NCBI GenBank assembly: GCA_010093815.1
Contig: ML996576.1
Direction: 5' to 3' (one strand)
Source of the DNA: Pseudovirgaria hyperparasitica
Taxonomy: Eukaryota
Length of the DNA stretch: 31,723 bases
The notes under the pieces are model-generated. The model saw only the letters and a list, made by a program, of their open reading frames with translations, was not told where the DNA came from and made no database searches. This document shows, one piece after another, positions 21,589 through 31,723 of the stretch (positions are counted from its first letter, which is position 1; every line of letters starts with the position of its first letter). The position numbers and the translations under genes were made by a program.

Positions 21589-22134
21589 TGTGGTTGGCAT
21601 TGTAATAGTAACGAATGTCGTGGTGTGGATCATCGTGTTTTGAAGGATCGTTTGCATGGAACAGGCGTCGGATACCAAAAGGCGGTTGCAATCTGCTCTT
21701 TCTATTGCTCTCTTCTTTCTGTCATTTGTACTATCGCCAGTCTTTTTGCTTCGCGTTCTCGCATCTCCACATACACTTTCGTTGTGATATAGAAGAACAA
21801 CAGGGCGATACCGAGCCATAATGTCATCGTTAACAGCATTGAGCCAGCGTCTTCGAATAAAGGCCTCATGGCGCTTGAATAGGACCCCTCATACTTGAGC
21901 ATGGTGGGCTGTATGAAATGATGCCTAGTTGTCGCAGTGTGTGGCTAGTATCACAGAAAGGCTTCAGCGAATGACCTGGCTTGTCGAAGGGTATGAAGCT
22001 GTCTAGGAAGGCGTGTTATGCTATCCTCCCCTTCCACAAATTTACCGGCTCAGACCGACAGAGCGCAGAACCTCCATGTCCTAAGGTATTTGTACTACCT
22101 GGGTACGCAGAAGCTCTTGTTCAAACCACATCAA

Positions 22135-23076
22135 TCAATTGCCGTCTGACAGAAACGCTTTGATCAAGGCAACATACTGTTCCGTCTGTTCAACATGTGC
22201 AAAATGCGCCGCATCTGCCAGCGTAGTCCACTTAACCTTGTCGATTCTCTCGAAAAACGGCCTCATAGCCTCCTCTGTCGCCTCATCCTCATCACCGTTT
22301 AGCAATAGCGTTGGCGCCCTGATATCACCCAATCTGTCTACCACACTCCAGTCCTTCAACACCCCGTTCGGCGCCAACTCACTGGGCCCATACATTGTCT
22401 CATACACCTTCGACCCACCCTCCTTGCCATCCTTCTCAAACCACCCAAGCACATTTGCCATCTCCGGACAAGGAAACGGCCGGCTCAGACTGACATGCCG
22501 CTTGAACCACACCTCCATAGCAGCTTCATACTCCGGACTCGTGAAATCACCCATACGTTCTGCCTCGCCAAGCGCCCGTTGCACATCCGGCGGCAGCGCA
22601 TCTCTCAACCTCGCAAGACCGTCCTTGAAGTCCTTGATGCTGGCCAGTGCGCCGCCGAGCACAAGTCGTCGCACGCGGTCTGGTTGCGCGATCGCGTATT
22701 CGGCCGCGAGCATGCCGCCCCAGGAGTGGCCATAGACGTCGAATTTCCGGTCGTGTAGACCGAGATGGTTGACGAGAGTCTGAAGTTCGGTGATGAAAAG
22801 TGCGACAGACCAAAAGGTCTGGTCGCCGGCACGGGCAGGCAGGATGGTTGATGCGCCGCAGCCGAGTTGATCATAGAAGATGAGCGGGATGCGGGCGCGT
22901 GCAAGGTCAGTGAGCGGGAGAAGGTATTCGTGAGTTGCGGCGGGCCCGCCGTGGAGGATGAGGAGAGGAGTGAATGCTTGGATGTCGCCAATGGTTTTGT
23001 ACCATGTTTGGACGGACTGGTCGAGGCCTGGCGGCGTCCAGGTTACGGTCCCTGAGATGACCTGCGGAGCCCTCAT
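22135..23076 (-). CDS. Proline iminopeptidase / L-amino-acid amidase (alpha/beta-hydrolase, S33), intronless
   Basis: LILHGGP, FYDQLGCGAS, YGHSWGGMLA (Ser), LLNGDEDE (Asp), AAHFAHVE (His). First ATG at 23076 (MRAPQVISG). Confidence 0.92.
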   Translation of the reverse strand: MRAPQVISGTVTWTPPGLDQSVQTWYKTIGDIQAFTPLLILHGGPAATHEYLLPLTDLARARIPLIFYDQLGCGASTILPARAGDQTFWSVALFITELQTLVNHLGLHDRKFDVYGHSWGGMLAAEYAIAQPDRVRRLVLGGALASIKDFKDGLARLRDALPPDVQRALGEAERMGDFTSPEYEAAMEVWFKRHVSLSRPFPCPEMANVLGWFEKDGKEGGSKVYETMYGPSELAPNGVLKDWSVVDRLGDIRAPTLLLNGDEDEATEEAMRPFFERIDKVKWTTLADAAHFAHVEQTEQYVALIKAFLSDGN

Positions 23077-23463
23077 GATAGCTAATTGACTTGGAGAGAT
23101 CGAAAAGAGATATTTGCTATGATATGGATATCGTTCATTGATAGCTACGCCGCAAGTATCGAAGTACAAATTTGTATGAAAGTCGTAAAGCGCCCAAATG
23201 GATGCTGATTAGCGTCATGCTGGGTTAGGACTAGCCCGGTTATAATCCATCATTACCATATCCTATGTAGATATCAGCCACACAGTACACTAGGTTACCA
23301 CTTAACGTATATCCAGAGGCGGCAGACTGCTCAATGCATCTATCCTACCTAATTTCTACTTAGTGTACATGAGTACAATTACAGAGGAAATTGAAAGCTG
23401 GGCATGTTTGCTGCAGTCTATATAAGCCGTTTAACACTTCTATCGACATCAACGTCTATGAAA

Positions 23464-25571
23464 CTAATCGACCAACAAGCTTTGTAACCTCGCTTCCGTA
23501 GACATGACCTAGCACATAGTTAGTTTTCATTCATACAATGACCGACTGGGATGATACTCACATCAAGCGCCTGTCTGACTTCCAATACTTTTCTAGTATC
23601 ACTCAACCAATCTTTCGCCAACAGCTTTGCCCATCCGTTCAGGCCATTCATCTCACGCGCAGCACCGTCAAGGTCGCCCTCCTCAAGCAAAACCTCCGTT
23701 CTTGTGAGAACACTCTCGACGTCATCCCCTATGGGCAACCCTTGCTTCTTGAACATCACCTTGCTAAGCACAGCACTAGCAAGATGACTTGCTACACCTG
23801 CATTTTCAGGAAGTAAAGAAGCCTTGCGGACCTCTGAGGCAACCCTTCTGAAGCGATCGATTATTTGTGCCGGCGTCGGGATGCCACGCTGGTATGCCGT
23901 TGGGTTGATGGACGCGATGGCAGCAGACACGACAGGAGAGTCGTTAGCGACCTCCTTCAACGCCGCAAGCTCCGATAGGAAGGGTGTTGGCTTTTCGGCG
24001 TGCTCAATGGAAGCACGGACAGCCTCAACCGCGACCACGAGATGTTGAGTCTTGAGATTCGCATCAACGACATCATTCCATGCACCAGTAAGTTTCTCCA
24101 GCTCAGACACACTGTTCGACAGGTCGTTCAGCTTCGAGAGACGACCGTCGCGCTCTGCTTCAACATGGCTCCGAATGGACTCGGCGAACTTGCGTTGTAG
24201 TGCAATAGACTGTTCCGCGAGCTCGTTCTTGACACGCTGCTCATAAACCTTTTGCGCGCTGTCGAGTTCAACTTCAAGACGATGGTTGTAGCTCTGGGCT
24301 AGCCTCTCGCGCTCAGCTTCGTACTCTTCCTTGAAGTGTGTCTCCTGCTCCTTCATTTCTGATTCTAGGCGCGAGACGAGATTTTTAGCAGCATCATCGA
24401 ACTCAGCATGGGCTGCCTTGACTTTGTCGTCCGATGCTTTCTTCTCGACCGCTTTCAGGGTTGTAATATCCTCGATGACTTTTCCAAGATCTTGTTTTGC
24501 CTGCGTGATCGTAGACGAATATTTTCCAGAAGCGTTGTCTGCGTTTATTACAGTAATTATGTTGTTCAAGATCTTTACCAGGTCCTGTACCGCAGGCTCA
24601 GTGCCTTCTTTGATCGAGATATTGTCAATGAGTGCGGCTGGAGTCGAAGGTGCTGCAGCTTTTGCTTGTTCTGACACTGCCTTTTTCGTAGGTGCTTCGG
24701 TCTTCACCTTGGCTTCTTGACTCTTTGGAAGTAGATCATGCGAGTGAGAGTCTGTAGGCTTTTCAGCCTTGGCTTCTTGGGCAGGCTTTGCGGACCCAGA
24801 GATTGGTTTTGGGGTATTCTCTTCCAGAGCACTGGTATGTCTTCCAGCAGAACCTAGATCGCTGACGGCCCTTGCAGACGTCCCACTCTTGCTTGGTATT
24901 GTCACTTTGTTCTCGCCGCGCACTTGTGGATGCAGTGGGCTATTCTTGGCGGTGCCTTGGAAGCGCCTCCGGAACTCCCTCTCTTCAAAGTAGCCCACAG
25001 CGTCTTCTCCGAAAGGCACGTATTCAGTGAAGAAATCGTGGAAGTTATCCGAATGGAGCGAGTAGTACACACCTCCGCCATAGCCCAATACCGACAGTAA
25101 AATAGAGTATAGGAGAAAGCGGCGGAACCATCGTCTGGGCTTTTTCGCCGGCAGGGCCGACGGGGGCGGAGGGACAGCGGAAGCAGCAGGAGTCGGACTA
25201 GGTGGAGGTGCGACAGCAGCAGTTCCAGTTCCCAAGGTAGGAGTCGCCTTGGGATCGACTGTAGGACGATCACCTAACGTTGATGGTACGGTCGCAGTAA
25301 GGTTGTTGTCAATTGCGATTGGGGTAGGTGCATCGGCGGCCTTGGAGCTCTGTGAGCCTGGGAATACAGTCTCATCAGGTTTTCTGGAATCTGCAAAAGA
25401 TCTCTGTATAGACATGCAGATTAGCATGAATTCGTGAGGGTCGACATGAGTATTAGGACATACCTGACCAGGTATTGCGTATCTAGCCTGGGAATACCGC
25501 GCAGGAACCCATTGAGCCGCTGTGACTTTAGAAGCAGCTAATTGACTCCTCCGAATGGAAGCGCGCAGCAT
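23464..25571 (-). CDS. MIC60: MICOS complex subunit Mic60 (mitofilin); 3 exons
   Basis: Mitochondrial presequence MLRASIRRSQL; TM plus DNFHDFFTEYVPFGE; long coiled coil; mitofilin domain (EVRKASLLPENAGVASH...EEGDLDGAAREMNGLNGWAKLLAKDWL). Introns 25404..25463 and 23509..23561; last exon VMSTEARLQSLLVD*. Confidence 0.96.
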
Positions 25572-26185
25572 GTTGAGCTGCTAAGAGGGAGTTGCAGATG
25601 TCGTTAGGTATCGGGAGAAGGTGATGGAGCTCCATCGTCAAACTGGTTCTCCAAAAGTGTTTGGACCGAGCTTCTTACACGTGACCGACCTCGACCACGA
25701 ACCATAACCAAAAGTCTCGGCTTGGTCTATGCCTTCTATCTTCACTCATTGGATGATTGTATGCTTAAACTCAAGAAGAGGGCTGTAGCAGATTCACGTT
25801 CCAGACTGATGTTGATTGGCTTCCAGTTAATATCTCTAGACGACAGTATGCCGTACCGTGACGTTCAGAAGAAGATTGTTAGCCAGCAACCTGCGTTGGA
25901 GGAAGGAATTTTGCACATGTACGAGACAGCGATAAATTTCCTAGCAGTCCAGTCTTCTGCCGAACTTTGTATCCACTGTTCAAATAAAGACCTGGAATCC
26001 GAACGATAAGGCGCACAGCTCGCACGAGTGGCGCGGACGTTGCATGAATCTATGCAATAGATCCATTGGCTAAGTAGCGGTGGAGCCCTGGTGGCCTCGT
26101 TCTCATGAACCACACCATGAGCATATTCTTATTACGCAGGATACCAAAGAGTCTACTCTAAGTGACCTGCTTAGCCTTCACCAAG

Positions 26186-27160
26186 ATGAGTGGGAAATAT
26201 GTTACTCTCCTGTACGGTAAATTGGACAGTAAGCAACACAATACTGCACTCCCAGTCGCATTGGACAATAACCACTGACGATCCATACAGGACTGACCTT
26301 GCTCGGATTTAATCACATTCTGATGTTCATTGGCACGAGCGGGATCGTATTGCTATGTAGATATCCCAATCATGCTTGAAGCACTTGGCTGACAGGTCTG
26401 TAGCGGTCCTACTTGCTGGATGTTCTTCTTATGCTACAATGACCGCGATATATCCTCTCAGCATTTCTTACCGAAATGTCAGTGGCAATGAAGCTTTCTC
26501 GCCCAGTGCACAGAATTTGTCTGCTACCTTGGCGTCTTTCAAGGGAAATGCTATGATGGAGGTACGAATAGGCTACTTCGGCATGTGCGCCCGGCAACAA
26601 AATCGCATTTGGGTATGCGGGGTGGACGGTCAAGGCATAAAAGACCAGATTGGCGCCGAGAATGACCCTCTTGATCTCATTGATACGGCCACCAGCTTCA
26701 AGGACGATGTACTCTTCTCCGGACTTATGTGAGTGGCAATGGAACATCGAGGACGAAGCCATTACTGATCTCCCTGGCTAGCTTCATGTCGATAGTCCTG
26801 ACTTCTTTTGCTGTGGTTCTTCTATCCAGGTTTCCAGGCTGGCGTGAGGAGCAAGACGCTTCCACGGGCGATACAATCGACGTTAAACAGTTTCCTTCTA
26901 GGTCCCTTAGTCATATAGCACTGGGATTCGTGTTTGTAGCCAGTATGGTTGCACTTATCAGCGGTCTATGGCAACATATCGGGGCTGTTGCAGCTGCTGC
27001 AATGGCCGAAAGAACTGGATACGGAAATGTTAAAGCAAGCATAGGCACGGTTGCAATCGTTTTAGCTTGGCTGGGGTTTACAATGCTTGCATTAACTTTC
27101 ATCGGACTCCTAGTTATGGTCCTATCCATCCACATTCTGGATGAAATGACCAGTGACTAG
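26186..27160 (+). CDS. FIG1: Fig1-family Ca2+ regulator / membrane-fusion protein (claudin-like, 4 TM); 4 exons
   Basis: Spliced MSGKYVTLLYGLTLLGFNHILMFIGTSGIVLLSVLLAGCSS...EVRIGYFGMC...WVC...DPLDLI...FPGWREE...VKQFPSR...LWQHIGAVAA. Introns ~26217..26290, 26357..26403 and 26729..26781. Confidence 0.88.
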
Positions 27161-27462
27161 CATTAGTGTGAGCTTGATAGGATATATGTTGTGTACTCGT
27201 CCGCTGACCGACTTTCCTTATTAGCATTCGAACAGATCTATGAATACTGATAAAGATCTATCTATATACGGAACTCTGCAAGACATTGTAAACAAGTTTC
27301 ATCAATGAACCTCATATGTGCTTGAGTCATTCACGTGACTAGCTAGGTAGGTGCATTACTGCCAAGGCGCGGCTGACATCTCGTCGATTACGTGTGCATG
27401 ACTTCCAGGTTAATGTGCGCGGGACAAGTTACATTTTGTGCTATGTAACAGCTCAGAGGACA

Positions 27463-30400
27463 ATGTCCGAAGACATACCATCAATGGTGCAGCCGCAGTC
27501 GCAGACGCCGAGCAATCAACCTCAACGATTAGACACAAGACTGGTACTGACCCGGGACTGGCTGGCCGGCAGTCATGGACAAAATAATTATTCAGACAAT
27601 GTGATTGAGGTTACGTCCTCGACGGCTTTGCAGATGCACAGAATCGTGGCTTCACCGCCCTTGCCTCCTGAGGACTACGACATACATGAACCCGAGTCAA
27701 ATGCTGAGCTTATCGCGCTGCCATTGTCATCTACACACTCTGTGACATCGGATGATTCGAATCCAAGATCATTTGCTGCTCCCGACAATTCGTTTCTGGA
27801 ACTCTCGCCTCAGATGGTACCTCTACCGGCATCAATCGTTTCGGAATCAAGGACTTGTACGAATGCTCCTTTCAGCCGACGCACAACGAACGCATCTCTT
27901 ATCTCTGGTCAAAATCCACGACCTGGGTTGTATCAGGCGACCGTGGAGACTGTCACTGATAGCGACGCAGCTGGTGGAGTTCATAACTCCACAAGAGATT
28001 CAAGACTGTCTTCAGTTTCAACGAACTCCTCTGGTCCAAGACAAGCAATTCATACAATACCTGAAGTACATAGAGCACCTCTTACCTATGTGACTAGCAC
28101 GTTCGATCAACACAACCAATCAGAACTCCAGGTCCCCTACCAGTCATCATCTGATAGATCGTACCAGCAATTTGATGACGGCACAGAGGTTGGACGTCGA
28201 ACAGAAGAGCATCGATATCCCCAAAGGGATCCTAGGTATGTGGATCTAGTAAAGCCCCCTGGTTGGTACAGAGATAGGATACGAATACTAGCAGAGGAGG
28301 CACCCAGACTCAGAACTCTTGTGTCAACTGTATGCCGACACCATAAGAACACAAATCTAGCCGTATTCGATTATGACATCGATGGGAACAGTATTGCAGA
28401 CCAGAACAGGGTCTCGGATGAGAGACATTGGGATGGTAATGCGGAGGCATTCGCTGACGAATTCAAATTCGGTATCCAAAGTGGGACAACCCGACGACTA
28501 CTATTTGTTCAAGATCTGTCGCCCGGCATGATCGACTTATTAGGTTCAACTTTTCAGATTAATCCCGAATGCTTTTCGGATCACCTCTATCAAAGTGGCT
28601 ACGGGGATAGCCAAGTTGATTCTCAAGCGTACTCTGATTGGGAAAGTCTTCCGTCTATCAAAGATCACACGACTTTCGAATGGTACCGTCCGGTACTACC
28701 GCTTTTCCCCATCAAGAAAAGTTTCAGAGATGCGTTACTAGACAAACACGCACCACTTGCGAAGTGTCATCATGCTGGATGCGGAAAAACACACGCACTT
28801 GCAACGAATTCGAATATTTGGCGTCGGCCGTGGAAGCTCAGTCCGTTTCCAACGACCTCTGGGTCAGCGGACGACAAATCTCCCATGGGATGGTGTGAAA
28901 GAGTGACTGTATGGACGAAAGTATTTGGTGGATGCTTGTTCAGTAAGGTCGTCCACTTGCTGAGTTACAAAACGACTGATTCCTTTTGATTAGTAATTAT
29001 ACTATTGGATCCACTACCTCTCCTTGACCAAACAGTGCCCAAGATTGGAGAAAGACGTAGGCCAGAGATCGTGAATCGTCGGACCAATACGCCGGTTTCT
29101 AGGAGAAGGTACAATGAATCACAACGTCAGTCCGAAGAAAGTAATGAAGGTTTCGCATCTGGAATTGATGACACGGCCTCAAGTAGACAGAATTTTGCGG
29201 CTCCAAATATCGTTCACCGGTCCGTTAAGCATTATCCGTTCGCTCCTTTCCAACAAATGATCGCTCGTGGGCCATCTGCAGTAGCAGATGATCATCTTCT
29301 AGCCACTACCGTGATCGATGATATTCGCAAGCCCAAGTCCACTTGGGTTGAGAGCTGCCAACTCTCAGTCGCTAAACACATTGACCCATTGACGTTTCTC
29401 TTCGGGGCAATACACAGTGATATCGATGGCGTATTGAGGCTAGTTCGCTCGTCCATTGACACAATCAGAACGAGCCGACAGGATCAAGCACTTGTTCAAG
29501 AAAACGTATGGTATTGGCGAGAGCTTCTCAACCAATATGAGGACAAGATCGAGCGGATGAAAGGTGGTCTTGAAGAGTTGATTAGATTCATATTCGTAGG
29601 TGCCGAAAGATCGAAAGCCGACTTTGCAAGCCACAAACACTATGTCCCTGAGCGCACTCGCGACCATGTCGAAGCAACCATTCAACGTCTGGACGAGGTT
29701 GGCCGAATGGTGGCAGTTGCCCAAGACCAACTCCGTGTCGAATTGCAAATGATCGATAGCAGACGCAGCATTGCAGAAGCAGAGAGCGTCTCCAAGCTCA
29801 CCGAACTTGCATTTATATTCATCCCTGTCACTTTTGCTGCCAGCTTATTCAGTATGCAGATAAAAGAGCTAGGAGATGGAGTGCCGGTCTGGCAATTTGT
29901 CCTTGTGGCAATCTCGTTCGTTATGCTCGCCTATATCGTGCGGCTGTCGATCCGCTCCGAATCCGTCGTTGAGTTCAAGAAGGAATGCTTCGACCAAGCT
30001 CGTCGACAAGCTGGGCTCGCAGAAAACACACCAATACCCACTCGTGCCATGTTAAAATGGGCACTCCCAAGACTATTTACCACTCTACGCGCTTTGAGTA
30101 TCAATTTGATACGCCTTTCGTTCATACTGACCGCCATTTTTGCCGCCATTGCCGCCATTCTGTCACCCATAATCACCATGTGGACACGCAGAATGAATCC
30201 TGGCTTCTCTGCTGTCATCACAGTAATTTTACTTCTGCTCGACGGTATCGCCCTGTGGCCTGTAGTATCTGTGTTGACAAATCTCGATGACTTCAAGAAC
30301 GAACTAAAAACGTGGCGTGCGTCACAGGATGTAAGATACTGGAAGACAAAGAGGCAAAGGCAGGACGAGGAAGGTGTCATTGGAGAGCCCAGAAGACACC

Positions 30401-30465
30401 CCCAAAGTGCCTTTACATATAGGCAGGAAACTGGGGTCGAAATGGTCCAGCGGGTTCGGCGTTGA
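27463..30465 (+). CDS. Large fungal CorA-like membrane protein (GMN replaced by SMQ); 2 exons
   Basis: Intron 28943..28993 (GTAAGG...CTGAT...TAG) joins ORFs 27394..28989 and 29005..30465 (CLF|IIILLDP). RLLFVQDLSPGMIDLLGSTFQINPECFSDHL and IDSRRSIAEAESVSKLTELAFIFIPVTFAASLFSMQI are typical of this family. Two further hydrophobic helices follow. Confidence 0.85.
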
Positions 30466-31169
30466 AGATCAATCTCGCTCTCATTCATCGTCCCATACAT
30501 CCTAACCATGTCACGAGCCTGAAATGAAAGATACTATATGCCTGCTCAATCGACGGGGAGGTACGATTCCTCGACCTTAAGGAAACTCATCTCACTTCTC
30601 ACTCCAACCGCGCACTTTCCACGGATCTCAGGACACTTATCGATCCAAATACGCCTCCAAGATCGTCACTCTCTACTTCTGTCCCCATGATGATGCGGAG
30701 GAAAATGTATCCGACCTAAATGCCACTCGTTCAGCCCAACAATAAGCGAAACTCATGCTAAACGCTGAAACCGACAATTACCAGATGGAGTAATCTGAAA
30801 CACACACAAGCAACCCTCCTTCTCTGCAAGCGAGCACATATCGGTATAATCTGTGTGCACAGGTGAATGCGAAACATGTGTGGCTGACACGGAGTCTGCC
30901 CATCCACTCGTTACAAGTCGTCAGTCTTTTATCTTAGGCCTGGACTCCCGTCGATTGTGTACTGACTCGTATCGTATCTACTGGCGGGAAACGCACTGGG
31001 TGAGAATGTACGGATTAAGCAGCCCATACTAAGCGGACCATGAGTACTCATTGACGTAGTCTTGAGTAGACAGGGGAGAATCGTACGTGATACTTCATGT
31101 ACATGTGGCTACATACTAGTCTTTGCTTTTTGGTCCAACATGAATGTCTTGGTTGTTATTTGCTGGTTT

Positions 31170-31723
31170 TCATATACTAGTAGATTCCCAGTACGTAGTA
31201 AAATAGTCCGTACTAGGTACTGAGTATAGGTCTGCTTGATATTGCTGTGTGCGCGATGTGTCTTTCCCTGCTTCGTTTTAGTTCGAACCTACTAATATAT
31301 ATGAGATTCATTAAGAGAAGACACAGTATATATATATATATATACTTAGTATCTTTAAGGTATAAAATCTAAGACTAAAACTTACAGGTGACAGAACAAG
31401 AGGATGTTATTGTGAAAAGGGCAGGTATAAATAGATATATAATATTCCTTAGATAAGGAATATATATCTAAATAGAGTTATATAATAGGATCTAGCCGTA
31501 ATAGACTATTATATAATAAACGGATCGGCGGAGTATAGCTTAAAGATAATAAGAATATAGTATAATTCTTAAAGTAAAGACTAGATAGAGAGAGAACTAA
31601 ATACATAGAGAGACCGTTCCTTATATATTCCTCCTTATACATTCTAGATCCTTCTCTTAATTAATAATAGGAATCTTCTAGACCTCTAGACGTACGTATA
31701 CGTTCTATAGCTCTAGTAGTTTC
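31170..31723. mobile_element. AT-rich RIP-mutated repeat / transposon relic running off the window; (TA)n tract at ~31327-31344
   Basis: Abrupt drop in GC, very frequent TpA, scarce CpA/TpG (especially after 31430) and no ORFs, the usual RIP signature. Element class not recognisable. Confidence 0.7.

Noticed and set aside
23538..25437. Multiple plus-strand ORFs over MIC60, and similar antisense ORFs over the peptidase, caspase-like and CorA-like genes
   Set aside because: Antisense shadows of well-supported genes, with no independent motifs.
30480..31170. Possible small gene after the CorA-like gene
   Set aside because: Only short plus-strand frames (~50-60 codons) without convincing start or splice signals; the minus strand was not examined in detail.
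1..31723. CRISPR arrays, rRNA/tRNA genes, Starship captain recombinase, NLR or gasdermin genes
   Set aside because: No repeat-spacer periodicity, cloverleaf, DUF3435-like, NACHT/NB-ARC or gasdermin-like sequence recognised by eye; tRNAscan-SE, Infernal and HMM searches would be needed to exclude them formally.

Overview
Gene-dense segment of a filamentous ascomycete genome: short introns with CTRAY branch sites and RIP-like AT-rich flanks, Dothideomycete-like, organism not identifiable from this window. I reconstructed 16 protein-coding genes by manual splicing. Recognisable housekeeping genes are the 3' end of a tricalbin, a GH85 ENGase, ERD2, MIC60, a FIG1-family gene and a proline iminopeptidase. 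These surround an accessory-looking block (~9.4-21.6 kb) containing a HeLo-like-N protein, a DUF6594 membrane protein and a three-exon 115-aa SH3/Tudor-like gene absent from the ORF track. The block also holds a ~270-bp imperfect inverted repeat, a secreted zincin-like protein lacking HExxH with a GC-AG intron, a DUF3328/UstYa oxidase head-to-head with a cutinase carrying a Kex2-cleavable Cys/Tyr-rich N-terminal domain, and a stand-alone caspase-like protein. A CorA-like protein without GMN and a RIP-degraded repeat end the window. There is one 147-N assembly gap. Family calls come from motif recognition by eye, not database searches.
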